A stretch of DNA of 64,000 nt, taken from positions 11,036,001 through 11,100,000 of the forward strand of contig NC_073409.1 in the NCBI RefSeq assembly GCF_028641065.1, given 5' to 3'. Numbering within the stretch: the stretch's first letter is position 1; each line of letters opens with the position of its first letter. Below, piece after piece: positions 25,215-37,667 of the stretch. Under the pieces are notes generated by a model, which had not been told where the DNA came from, did not search any database, and was given only the letters and a program-made list of their open reading frames with translations. This stretch comes from Leucoraja erinacea (Eukaryota). A program made the translations under genes and the position numbers.

Positions 25215-25440
25215 ACACGACTTCCACCTGCTGTTCCGCCCGCCCACTTCCTGGTGAGTGACGGCGATGTCTGGGCCCGGGGCGCGCGTGCGCGGTGGCG
25301 GCCGGCTGTTGGTTGCGGAGGCCTGGGCGGCGCCACGGGCCCATCAGTCGCGCTGCTGCGGTCGCTGCTCTCACTCTCGGTGCCCCGCCGGCTGGGCGTG
25401 AGGGCCATGCCGCGGCCAAGGGGCAGGAGAATGGTTGGTT
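25215..25440. promoter_or_regulatory. Small CpG island / C15orf40 promoter and first exon
   Basis: CCGCCCGCCC (GC box) and CACTTCCTG (ETS-like) at about 25236-25253, followed by a CpG-rich exon. Confidence 0.65.
25407..25433 (+). CDS. C15orf40: C15orf40 homolog (UPF0235/DUF167) coding exon 1
   Basis: gccATGC context; MPRPRGRRM|gttggt, comparable to human MPKKAGATTK; phase 0 fits exon 2. The start site is less certain than the downstream exons. Confidence 0.7.
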
Positions 25441-27496
25441 GGTGGTGGGGGTACAGGACGAGACGAGATTTGTGGGGTGTAGACACAAGGAACTGCAGAT
25501 GCTGGTTTACAAAATAAGACACAGAATGCTGGAGTCACTCAGCGGGCCAGGCAGCATCTCTGGAGAACATAGATAAATAATTCGGATCGGGACCATTTCG
25601 TCGGGTGTTGTGGTGTGAATGTTTAGGGTGCGGGACGGTTCCAGACAGTCCTCTCCGGGTATTGGAGCGTCGGTTTATGATTCCTGCTTCCGTTCAGGGC
25701 CACAGCGTTTGGTGGGGCAGAAGACAATTGCTGTGGATTTCCAATGATCAGTAGGACGTTGACAAACACTCTTAACAGGGCAGACATGGTGGTGGACACG
25801 TGGAAGCAGATAATGTCTTCAGTGGGTGAGAAATGGGAATAAGCCAAGGACAGATTCTTGGAGGATCAAGACCTCGCTCGCCTCACCCCTTTAAGAGATT
25901 TCTTAAAACATAATCAAATGCTTGGTTGCATATCCTAATATTGTCTTATTTAGCCTTACCTCCAGATGATAACACTCCAGAGCAATGTTTTCGGATGCTT
26001 GCTGTGTTAAAGATGGCTTTGTAAATATCCACTACCTTTATCCTTAGCCTTCAATTCACGATTTCCAATGCAAAACAAAAGTGTTGGAGGAACTCAGCTG
26101 GTCAGGCAGCATCAGTGGAGAAAGTGGACAATGTTTCAATTCTGCTCATCACTTCCCCTCACCTGTATCCACCTATAACGTGCTAGGCTTTGCCCCAGCC
26201 CACCCAGCTTTTCTAGCTTTCAACTCCCTGTGGCAGCAGTTTGATGAAGGATCCTGCCCCCAAAATGTTGTCTGTCCATTCCTTCAACGGATGCTGCCTC
26301 ATCTGCTGATTTTTTCCAGTACTTGTTTTTTGCTCGATTCCAGCATCTGCAATCTCTTGTGTCTCAAATAATGTCCAATTTTTGATTTCTATAAGATTGA
26401 CAGTGTAAAACAGAATTTGATTTATTCCACAAAGCAATCACATTAATTTTAAATTGTATCATGTCCTTATTACAACTCAGAAGCAAAATAGGCAAATTTT
26501 ATCAATCTCACTCCGCCTCCTTTCCCAATAATCCTGCAATTTATGCCTATTAACTCACTTGTCACATGTACTGAGCTACAGTAAAAAAAAACTTTATTTT
26601 GCTTGCTATCCAAGCAAATCATACCACACAGGAGTATGTCAGGTAATGCAAGAGTTAAAAAATGTGGTGTTACAGTTATAGGAAAAAGTGCAGATTAAAA
26701 AAATGTGTAGGGCCACATCAAGGTAGTTGGGAAGATCAGGAATTCATCCATAGCATAAAAGGTTTGTTCAAAAGTCTGATAACAGCGGAGAAGCTGTTCT
26801 TGAATCTGGTGCAATGTGCTTTCAAGCTGTGTATCATGCACCTGACGGGAGAAGGAGGCCTTAATATGGTGGTTTCTTTCGCAAAACAGCATAAAGTTGA
26901 TGGGGGGGGGAAGGAGGTTGGTTTGCGTGATGGATTAATGTAAATTACCAGCACATCTTTGGAATGGGAGGGTATTATGACACATGTGGGAAACCAACAC
27001 TGTCACAGGACGAGTGTGCAAATTCCATAAAGACAAGACCTAAGGTGAACATTGAAGCTGGGTCACCGAGCAGTGAGCCAACAGCACTAACTGCTTCATC
27101 ACCGAGCCATCCTTGTGGAATGATTTTTTGCAGTCATAAGAGTAATTACACCTGGTGTTATTGCATAATATACAAACTGGACAGTTGTGGATTGGAACCA
27201 TGAAACCTGTGGTGTGAGGTGGGAGCAAAATATGAAATAAACTTACTTTTCCTGCTTTATCTAGATGTTGAGGACATAATGTTGTTGTTTAGCTGGTGTT
27301 CCTTTGGCAAAGACTGGCGAAAAGAAGTAACCTGGTTGTACTTTACTGTGAATCACTATTTCAAAACGCACAGTCTCAACAAGAACCTCTATGTTCTGCA
27401 GGGTGACATTAATAAGAGTCTCCAGATTCAAAGGATTGTGTCAGAATTATTCCATCCTTTGAAAAGTGGAATGATGATCAATATTATTTTACTTAG

Positions 27497-27620
27497 AATG
27501 AAGAGAAAGCAAAGGACTCCATATTATCAGCCCCTCAAGGTCCCGTGAAGGTTGATAAGAACGGTTCTGTTCTGGTGGTCATTCATGCTAAACCTGGAGC
27601 CAAAGCAAATGCTATAACAG
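27497..27620 (+). CDS. C15orf40: C15orf40 homolog coding exon 2
   Basis: 124 nt, ttag|...|gtgagt; NEEKAKDSILSAPQGPVKVDKNGSVLVVIHAKPGAKANAIT vs human [27 protein letters not shown]. Confidence 0.93.
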
Positions 27621-28151
27621 GTGAGTGGTTAAAAAAAGTGACTTCTAATTGACATTACACCTCCCTCTCACAAAGGCAAAATAGTCAGGAAGGTGACGAA
27701 GGGAGGAGGGTAGGCGATGAGGGAGAGCTGTGTGTCATACATGGGAAATTATGAAACGGGAAGATGCCAATGACAGAAGCCTGGTGACATGAGACCCATA
27801 ACTATATCTTTTTTTAAAATCTTATTTCAAATTTTTGGCCACCTAGTGCATCTCTGGCAGCATGTACTGGAGGAAATGCTCTTGTGTGACGTGTTTCCTC
27901 CATCAGCTGATTTTCCAACATTTTGATAATTTAACATAAATGACTTGCTCATTTTAAATTATAATCTGTAGGTACCAAACTCTGTTCTTTATATTTAAAC
28001 TTAATCTTGAGTCCTTTGATATTTGGATTTTTTTCACATTATATTGATGTGGCTCGTGACCTTCCCATCTGCAAATGGTGCACTGTTCCCCCAGACTAGT
28101 TTGCTGACATACAGACCGTGATTATCAGTGAATATGCCTTGTATTCTGCAG

Positions 28152-28279
28152 ATATGTCCGAAGAAGCAGTGGGTGTGGCCATTGCAGCACCTCCTTCCGA
28201 TGGAGAGGCCAACACAGAGCTGATTGCCTACCTTGCCAAGGTGCTGCAGTTAAAGAAAAGTGAGCTGGTTCTGTACAAG
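28152..28279 (+). CDS. C15orf40: C15orf40 homolog coding exon 3
   Basis: 128 nt, gcag|...|gtcagt; [43 protein letters not shown] (DUF167 AAPPxDGEAN motif). Confidence 0.95.
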
Positions 28280-29391
28280 GTCAGTTGTTGGTTTAGAGAC
28301 ATTATGCATGCAGGCTTGGTGAGAGCTCTCTAATTGTGTTTGTCCCCTTCCACATCAGAAGAAGCACCAGCTCCATTTACTTCCACTCTGAGAACAGGTC
28401 TCTATGTTGAATGATGGACAGGGGATCCTATCATTACATATTGTGGTCCACAGTTCTGCTCTGCATTGTAAATCAACCCTATATATTGTGGGAGATTAAC
28501 TTTTCATTCTTTAACGTCTAAGTGTTGTTTCTCCAACACAAACCCACTTTACTTTCTGTGCCCGTTGTCTCCATGTATTATGGACCCACTTGGAATGGAT
28601 GGCTGGGTTCCCTTCTTCATTGCCAGTAAAAGGACAAATTGCTGGAGATGTACAACAGGTTCTTTACCATCTTGAGAGAGCAGACTGGCAGATGTCAGTA
28701 ACAGGACAGATTTTATTCCTCTTCACACCACAATTCTTGAGCTCCACAAGCTGACATTAAAGAATTACATATCACAGGTGGCGGCCATTCATATCATACT
28801 AATGGCGGGTCTTTGAAACATTTTTGTCTCACCATATCTATACTGACATTTTAACCCATCTACATTAATCCTATTTGCCAACACCGCGTCCTTATCTGTA
28901 TGTGCCGTGCCTATTCACATTCCTGTCTAAATGTTTTTTGACCACAGTGACTTTGCCACCTCCTCGAGCAAAGAATTCCAGATATCCACTACCCTTGAGT
29001 TTAGTTGGAGTTATGATGTTGAAGGCAGAGCTATAGTCAAGAAATAGGACCCGCCATTATTGTGACAAAAATAGGAATAAGGATGGTGATCCCAAAACAT
29101 GAGAAGGATGATGAACAAAGTCTCTGGTTAGTGTATGAGAGGCATGTACTAATACAAATTATAACAATGTGAATGAGTGAGCCCTGTCCTGAAAGTGGAG
29201 AAATGGCTTTCAGAGGGTCACTTTGCTAGCACACTATCTACTTGATTAGATCATGCAATTCAATTAGATATTTTTTCTCTAGTTGTGTCTTTTTAGTTCC
29301 ATTGTACTATTTCCGTGAGCAACTGGTATTTAATGTTCCATGGGGACATTGGTTTCTTGATTTTCTGATGCTAATCTCTTGACCTTTACAG

Positions 29392-29487
29392 GGTTCCAGG
29401 TCACGTGAGAAGGTGGTGAAGATTCAAACCTTGTTGAGCCCAGAGGAGGTGCACAAAAGACTCAAAATTGCAGCTGTCACAAACTGA
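29392..29487 (+). CDS. C15orf40: C15orf40 homolog coding exon 4 (stop codon)
   Basis: acag|GGT TCC AGG...AAC TGA; GSRSREKVVKIQTLLSPEEVHKRLKIAAVTN* vs human [25 protein letters not shown]. Confidence 0.93.
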   Translation, partial: GSRSREKVVKIQTLLSPEEVHKRLKIAAVTN

Positions 29488-32400
29488 TGTATGTTTGTGC
29501 ATTCAAAGAATAGCAGTCACACTGACCATTAAGTTTAAAGTACACTGTCCAGCCAATTTTTTCTGTTCATTGGTAAAATCTCAGGGATTGAAAGTTGCTG
29601 CTGAGTAGACTAATTGCTACATTGTTAATCTTCCATGACTGACGGTGTGAACATTCATCCGGTGTAACTTAATTCCAGCGGAATGGGATCATTTTGGAAA
29701 GCTGGCTGCGGTGAGGTCAGCAATGGGTGAGATGTCAGTCTTGAGTTTGTGCTCCCTGACCCAGTGGTGCTGGACAAGGTTGAAGACTGCTTTGTGGTTT
29801 AAAAACATCAGGAAAATCTCTTGGCAATATTGAACCCTCATCAACAAAACGCAGTTGATGATCTCATAGCTATTTGTGGAACTGTACCTTAATTGGCACA
29901 TAGGACAATAAACTGACCTTGAAACCTTGATTGACATGGAATTGCTATGTTATTGCTTCCAGGGCAATCAATAGACTTGACATAATGCACAGTGGCATTT
30001 AAATGTGATAATGCATTAAATACGTGCAACATTTCTCTGTCGCCCTAATGATGCGTTGGATAATTGAGAATAGGCTTAATGATTATATAGGATGAATTTG
30101 CAGGAATCATCACCCGAGAGAGGTCGGTTCAAGCAAATTTAATTGACGGATAGGAGAAGGGGAGAGGTTCTGCAACAGGAGTTTGGGAATATGGGTAGCT
30201 GTTTAAAGACCTAGATCTCAAAAGTTGTAGAGAGGAAGTGTTAGACATATTGAAGCGCATTAATGTGGACAAATCCCTCGTTATGGGAAGCAAGGGAGAG
30301 AGTGCTGGGGCTCTGATTTGTGTAACACCTGACGCACATGTGTGGTACAGGAGCGCAGGGGGGTAGCTAATGCTGTTCCCATATTTAAGGACAGTAGAGA
30401 TAAGCCAATAAATTTGTGGGCTGTTGAATGCCCTGGTGTTCGTGTTGGCTTTGCTTTGTACCTGGACACTTCTTAAGCATGCAGTTGTGAAAGGATTTGT
30501 AGGCTGATGAATGATCTAATCTGCTCCACAATCCCCTTTTTCAGTGTGGACTGGTGGGATGGATGGTCTGGTGGTTTTGTACTCGATTCGCTGTAGTTTT
30601 TGACACTGACTATAGAGGGGGCCAGAATCACACTAAAGACTTTGGATTCTGATGCAAGTGAGGATCTGACAGCAACCTGTATAAAGCAAGATACAAACCT
30701 GTATAAAGCAGAGCCAAATGTAAACAGTCCCTGCGTTACATAGAGTTCCATTCTTCAGAACTGTCCTGAAGCTTCTGACCAAAGGTCAGAAATTTTCATA
30801 TTCTACAGCTACTGATATCATATTGCTTCATGTACACTGGCTTTAATTGTATAAGTACATTAGGAGCAAAATGATAACTCGGTAGAGATCAGTCCCATGA
30901 GGATCAATGTAGTTGTCTCTGTGTGGAGCCACAGGAGATGGTTGAATGCTTAAATGAACACTTCTCGCCTGTATTTACATGGAGAAGCTCGTGGAAGTTG
31001 GGCAATTCAAGGAAGAGAACTATCATGTCTTGAAACATATCACTATGACGTAAGGGATGTTAGTGTTCTTGATAATAAACATACGGTTGACTGCAGGAGA
31101 TTTCTTCCAATCACAGGTAGATAAAGCTAGAGGACAGAGATTTAGAGGACTGTGGGACTAAATCTATACTGGAACTTGCATTCAGTTTAATCCATAGTAA
31201 CTCAATAAATATAATCCTTTAAGTAACTGTGTTTGCTATGCTGCAGAAAGGCATAATGGGCCCTCGATGCCTGCTAACTGCCTGCTTTTACTACTATTGA
31301 ACTCCAGAAAATCAAATTCTCTTCTTGCAGGGAAGTTTATTGGAATACATCCACAGCATGAAGGATGACTCAAGCAGCAGCGATATTGTCAGGTTGTCAC
31401 AATGGGAGCAGCCACACTGTGCGTGTGACATCACTGCCTCAATAATTGCTGAGGAGCTGCTGAGTCGTAACATATAATTAGTGCTACGATGAGGCAACGA
31501 GACATACAACAGTGGCAGAGAGATCAGCAAATGTCTTACAGATAAACAACAAAAATAGTCTTAAATATGTGAAAGGTCTAATTTTGGCTTTTGACAACTA
31601 ACCTTAGTTCACTCTTTGTGCAATCCAGGTTTCTGGCTTAATGACAGATTTCTCACTTCAGGGGGAAAAGATGTATGGCTGCAGATTGTACAGCTGACAA
31701 TGTACATCAATAGTTTGTCAAGAAAAGTTAACTTGAATAATAATTTCCTTAACCAAAATAAAAATAACCAACTGCCAGTCTCACTTAGTCACACAATCAG
31801 CATGACTGAGCTTCTGGTTTTCAACATTCAGGATGTGTGGCTTCAAGCCACTCAGAATATAATTATCTTCATATGAAGCATTTATAATTCTTTCCATTTT
31901 ATCTTGGTCAGACTGGAGGATGGTAAACTAAGGTGGTGCCCAGGGGTAAAGTGCAGGACCACTACCCTTTTGATATACTTGGATATTTTTCATACAGAGG
32001 GTGGTGGATATTTGGAACGAGCCGAGGAACATGGTAGAGGGAGAGGTACAATGTTTAAAAGCCACTTAGATAGGCAGATGAATATATGTGTAGGAAGGAA
32101 CTGCAGATGCTGGTTTATACCGAAGATAAACAAAATGCTGGAGTAACAACTGATCAGACAGCATCTCTGGAGAAAAGACGTTTTGGGTTCTAGATTGATG
32201 TGAAGCATGCCAACGTGTAATCTCAATGTCCTCTCTACCTTAACCAAAGGGATCAGATTATCTCAATGTACTTTGTAAGCAATTTGGCTATAGATTTTTT
32301 TTAATTATCACTGTAATCACAATTCAACAATTCTTCATGGCCATATATATCTTCCATCATTATTTTCTTTAATTGAGGAATTGCAAACCTCCTTCCTGTT

Positions 32401-34118
32401 ATTCTCAGGCTCCAAGCCCAGACTGGTTTTGTATTCCCAGGGTCAATATTTATTGATTCACACTGAACCCATAATTCTGACGTGGTTCTGTTATCCAACT
32501 GTAATAAATCTAATTTCTATAGCAAGGCTAGAAATATATCAGCCAGCATCATGCACTCTCAGGAATGCTTTTTTTATTTGTACTTTGTTCATATTTGAAA
32601 GATACAAGCATACAAAAATAAGATATAAACCATATTCAGTGTAAACTAGTCTTCCAGTGTCCATTTGAATATCAATGTCCCGTTTGGTACAATACTAACC
32701 ATTCAGCTACTGGTCAGATTGCTGGTGCAAGTTAATCTCCACAAAGCTTGTAGATGAGAATTAACTAGGGATTAGTCATAGGACGTGAAAACAGTTTATG
32801 TAACCAGAATCCTACTTTTAATAACTGGACAGTACAATATAAAGTTCAGTACCACTTCACAGTGGGGGAGCCGGTGAATCTCCCAGTACTAAAGAACCCA
32901 TGAGGTCAATTAACTTTAAAAAGGTATTAACTTACAAATATCTGAACGCGACTTAGAGTACACATTTTTCAGTTCACCACATCTTCCCTCAAACACCTAC
33001 CACCAGGAGAGTCTCAGTACTAGTTGCCAACCGCAAAGTATGTCAAGGGCAATGGTGTTAAAGCCAGTGGACATGATCACAAAACTATCTTCTCCAAGAG
33101 GGGAAGACTTGTTCAAGTACAGGAGCCTCAGATCTCCCAGTGAAAGATTACTCCCCTCACAGATTGATTGAACACTCACTCTATGTTAAACTGCAACATT
33201 CAGATGGGAAGTGTAGAAATGTCTTTGTTCTTGTTGCTTATCTCATTGCGATATCCTGGTCATTAGTTTCAACCAGTTGCTGTGTATTTGCACACTGGTC
33301 CAGTCCTGGCCATCACAGCCACCAACCATGTGCACATTCAGCAACGCAAGCTCTTGCACAATGGTGCTAAAATTAACATACAATCTAAACAACGATGACA
33401 ACCATCTACAACGGGAATAAACAATCTTTAAAAATCATTAAATTTCTCTTGCATACATGTACGGAAACTAACTGAGGGTAGACACAAAATGCTGGAGTAA
33501 CTCAGCGGGACAGGCAGCATCTCTGGAGAGAAGGAATGGGTGACCTTTTGGGTCGAGATCCTTCTTCATTGATCAAGGAAACTAATTGGTGGGTAAAAGC
33601 CATTATCCTTGGTAAAGAATCACATAACATCAGAATGAGGTTTACATAAGGCTCCATCACACACCCGTCTGTAGGTTCCTGATGTCATTTAATTCTCTGC
33701 CTCATTTTCTCTCATTATATAATCTGATCTCAGATTGCAAATTAACAGGGACTGAGAGTCTCCATTTGGATCCCTGGTGAGGGCGCTGAATCAATGCAGA
33801 ATGAATCAGTGATCTGGAGTTTAACACTCCATATTCTAAATCAGTTTCAGCTAACACCATTGAGCAGCAAAGGAGAGGAATGGTCAAGGTCAGTAACCTA
33901 ACAACTTGCAGCAGCATTTCTCATTCCAGACATCAGCAAATATTAGCTGTAGGAGAGATAAGAGGACTGTTTATGATCAATGTTTGCTGCTGACAGGAGA
34001 GGGGGGGGTCATCCATCCTGTAATCCTGCTCAATAAAAGCATTCAATTTTTTACACAATTGAATACCACAATTTGACCATGTACATGAACTGGTTTAACG
34101 GAGTAACTAACCACAAGT

Positions 34119-34124
34119 TTTATT
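34119..34124 (-). terminator. Candidate polyadenylation signal of RAMAC
   Basis: AATAAA on the minus strand about 210 nt after the RAMAC stop codon. Confidence 0.55.
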
Positions 34125-34331
34125 GCACAGTACCAGGTAGAATCACCCACAGGTGCCACACACAAACCATTAACTTTTCCCCAAACTACCTAACCTACTA
34201 ACAGCAATAATGCCGAAATGGGATTTTTGTAAAATGAGACTGTTGCAATCCACTTAATTCCAATGGCATTTCACCCAGTTGATTGATTCAGTCAGTCGTG
34301 TTTCAGTAAGTAGCGATGGGTGGTTTGACTG

Positions 34332-34470
34332 TCAGTGCGAATTGTTCCCTTGGCTGTACGATTCATAAGAGCCAGATCGATTGCTGCTGCGATCTCTGCC
34401 TTGCCACCGCTGGTTATTTGACCAGTGGCGATTATCACTGTGCCCTCGATGGAATCCATGGTCGTGTGAC
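34332..34470 (-). CDS. RAMAC: RAMAC (RNA guanine-7 methyltransferase activating subunit) last coding exon
   Basis: ttttag|G TCA CAC...CAC TGA; SHDHGFHRGHSDNRHWSNNQRWQGRDRSSNRSGSYESYSQGNNSH*, an N/R-rich region like the RAM RNA-binding region; phase 2 fits the upstream exon. Confidence 0.85.
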
Positions 34471-34519
34471 CTAAAAATTAAAATAGGAAAATCTCAGGCT
34501 GCACTTCTTCCAATCTTGT

Positions 34520-35370
34520 GTACTGCAATCGGTGTTCAATGTGGTCATGGCATCAATTAGCCTACATTCTCAAAGTCATTTGTATATATGACAAGCAACA
34601 AAGGTCCCAGCACCAATACCTGCAGTACACGAAGGGTTACAAATTTCCGGTCAGAAAAACACCCCATTACCACTACCCTCTGCCTTCTATCACCAAACCA
34701 ATTTTTTATCCACTTTGGATACCAAGTGAGACCTTGTAAAAAGCTAAAGTCCATGTCAATCACACAGCGCTCATCAATTTTCTTTGTTACCTCCTAAACA
34801 AACTCAATCAGATTTGAGAGACAGTATTTACTCTGCAACCGTTTACTCTTTCTAATTTATCCTTGGCATTCAAACATAAATCCTGTCCCTCAGAATCTTC
34901 TCCAACAACCTCCCTATCACTGATTCAAGACTCACCAGCATGTTGTTTATAGGCTTATGCCTACTGCCCGTTTAAATATATGGACAACATCATTAGTTAT
35001 CCTCCAGTCTTCTGGTATCTCAGCCATGTAAATATCTCCATTAGAGCCCAACAATCTCTTCCCTTGCTTTGTATCATATCCTGGGATAGATCCCAATAGG
35101 ACCAGGGAATTTGTCCACCTTAATATGTAACAATTTCTCCAACACTTACTCTTTCCTGACACAGACATAGTTCAGAACATCAGTGTGTCCCTCCCCTACC
35201 ACTACATCCTCCACTTCCTTCTCCCTGGTGAAGACCGATGCAGTCTTCATTTAAGATCCTGCTCATATTCCCTGTCTCTGAAAATAAATTTCCATTTTGG
35301 TTCCTATTCTTTGGGGACCCACTCTTTCCTTAGCTACCCTCTTGCTTCTAACACACTTATAAAAGGTTTG
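34520..35370 (-). mobile_element. Degenerate CR1-type LINE RT fragment
   Basis: ORF remnants WIKNWFGDRRQRVVVMGCFSD...VLGPLLLVIYTNDF and IPEDWRITNDVVHIFK. Confidence 0.75.
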
Positions 35371-35987
35371 GGGAGACACAAGAGACTCCAGATGCTGAAA
35401 TCTGGAGAATAAAACAGTTCAGTTTGGGGGATTTTGATATTCCTATTTACGAATTCCACCCCAACTAAGCTTCTTACACTAAGGCAAACCCATCCAATAT
35501 TGGGAGTTAGAACTCCCACGACTACAACCATGTTGTTTTTACTACTGTGATTTGCCTACATATCTGCTCCTGCGGTTTCTGCTCTCTATAGTATAACCCC
35601 ATCAAAATGATGGAGCCTTTCCTATTTCTAGGTTCTACCCATAGGATAACAGAAAACTACTGTGGGCGGGTGATCAATGATCGGCATGGATACGCTAGGC
35701 CTGTTTCCATTCTGTATCTCTAAACCCGAAATAATATCATAATCCCATGTGCTGATACTTGATCCTGGCTCTTCTCTAACCTGTGAGGCTCCCTGAATTA
35801 AAGTAAATGTAGTTAAGCCTACCAGTCCTCTTTTGCTTCCTCCCCATCCCCCGTCTCAGTCTACCCTGCCCTGCCCAATGAACGTATCTTTCTTTCTCAT
35901 TCCCAACTATTTCCCACTCTCCCAAACGCTGTAACACTAACCCATTCATGTTATTTGATAGTTATGTTATTTGCGCAATCTGGGTAC

Positions 35988-36143
35988 CTGCGGTTCCCAC
36001 CGGATTGGCCCATCCAATCCTCTACAATGGGCGGTGGGTCAGTCGCACTCTTCACCATTGCCTGATACTCCGTGTCAGCTGCCGTGAACCGGTGAGCAAA
36101 CATTTCCTCGTAGTCTGGAGCCAGTATTGCTTCACTGGATGTT
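35988..36143 (-). CDS. RAMAC: RAMAC duplicated RNMT-activation exon, copy B (conserved motif, start ATG replaced by ACA)
   Basis: 156 nt, cccag|A ACA TCC...CGC AG|gtaccc; TSSEAILAPDYEEMFAHRFTAADTEYQAMVKSATDPPPIVEDWMGQSGGNR vs human [42 protein letters not shown]. Confidence 0.85.
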
Positions 36144-37086
36144 CTGGGGACAGAAAGTAGGTAGAGGTTTTATAAGAAATAGAACTCTTCAAAATTTGAA
36201 ACAAGACCTCTCTCTGGTAATGCTTAGGCACCAAGATCAAATGTCATCCTATCTCAGACCATTGTAATATTGCAGCTCTTACAGATCTAGGTTGGGGTAA
36301 ATGGCAAGAATCAACAAGTAGCCCGACACTGCTGTGCTTACCCCCTGTCAATCAAGGGGGATAATAGCTGGAATGTGACAAAGCCCAGCCAATAAAGTAG
36401 ACTGTGATGAAAGAAAGCATTATCATGGATAAGCAACAGGAAAGTTTGAATTTCTTTCATCACGGAAGCAATGAAACATGTAGATAATTTCCCGATCGGC
36501 AGAAGGTCTGCCTTTATGTGGAGCAGCCTGGAGAAAGTTCAAAGCGTATGGGGCCAGACTGACCGGATAACCTGAGTGAGGAGCCATGGGCCCCAGCAGG
36601 TCTGGGCCCCACTGCACCAGCCATACAAAGCTGAGGGGGATACACACACACACATCCAACAGACTCCAAGAGGATTTGGGCCAGGTGGGGGAAAGTGGGA
36701 CTGGCTTGATTAGGCACCTTGGTTGACATGGATGTTGGGCCAGTTTCCATGCTGTTTAGCTCTACGAGTCTCCTGGGTAAAAAAAAAGAAAACCTTACCC
36801 TGATTTATAACATTACTGCTGAACTTCCCATTGACTGCCACTTCAATTCTCCATCCCACTCCCACCTACCAGTTTGTGGCCTTCTCGACTGGTGTTAAGA
36901 GGCTAATTTCAACCTTCAGGAACAGCACATCACTTGTCTGGGTATTTTACGGCTTTCAGCACTTAATATTGAATTATACAATTTTAGGTAAATTGATTTC
37001 TGTTCATATATATTAGACGTAACTTCCGCCTGTATTTTGCAACTCAAACATTTTTTGACTAATATTTCCACTTCACTTCTCATAAT

Positions 37087-37290
37087 GGACACAAAATGCT
37101 GGAATAACAGCGGGACAAGCAGCATCTCTGGATAGAAGGGAATGGGTGACGTTTCGGGTCGGAACCCTTCTTCAGACTGTCAGGGGAGAGGGAGACACAG
37201 AAATAAGGAAGTGTAAGGTGTGAAAACTAGTTACTCTAGCATTTTGTGCCTACAGTGTAAACCACCATCTGCAGTTCCTTCCTACTCACT
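37087..37290. mobile_element. PLE-derived short element with inverted ends and an intact hammerhead-like core on the minus strand
   Basis: Reverse complement of 37143-37180 is ACAGTCTGAAGAAGGGTTCCGACCCGAAACGTCACCCA; ends ggacacaaaatgctgga and ctagcattttgtgcct are inverted. Confidence 0.7.
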
Positions 37291-37512
37291 TCCCCTCAAA
37301 CTGTTTCTGTCCCCAATTAAATATATAACTCAACATGATTGGTTCCCACTATAACAACATATTGTATTAGTTCAGTTACATCTGTATCTCCTTCTGACAA
37401 AAACGATTCTAATTTTCCAACTATTTCCTACTGCTTGAGGACTGCAATACTAACCCATTCATATTATTTGCTAGTGTTAAGTCTGACAAGAGTCAGTGCA
37501 TAAACTGGGTAC

Positions 37513-37667
37513 CTGCGGTTCCCACCAGGTCGGTCCATCCTGTCCTCTGCAATGGGCGGTGGATCAGAAGAACTCTTCACTATTTCCTGAAACTCCGCAT
37601 CAGCTGCCGTGTACCGGGGAGCAAGTATTTCTTTGAAGCCTGCAGCCGGTTCTGCTTCATTGGACAT
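37513..37667 (-). CDS. RAMAC: RAMAC first coding exon, copy A (has ATG, diverged motif)
   Basis: Exon 37513-37668, tccag|A ATG TCC...CGC AG|gtaccc; MSNEAEPAAGFKEILAPRYTAADAEFQEIVKSSSDPPPIAEDRMDRPGGNR. Confidence 0.8.

Noticed and set aside
36030-36050. Absence of the human RAM Ser36 phosphosite (DPPP instead of ESPP) in both copies
   Set aside because: As far as I recall, DPPP is also the state in bony fishes, so it is probably ancestral rather than special.
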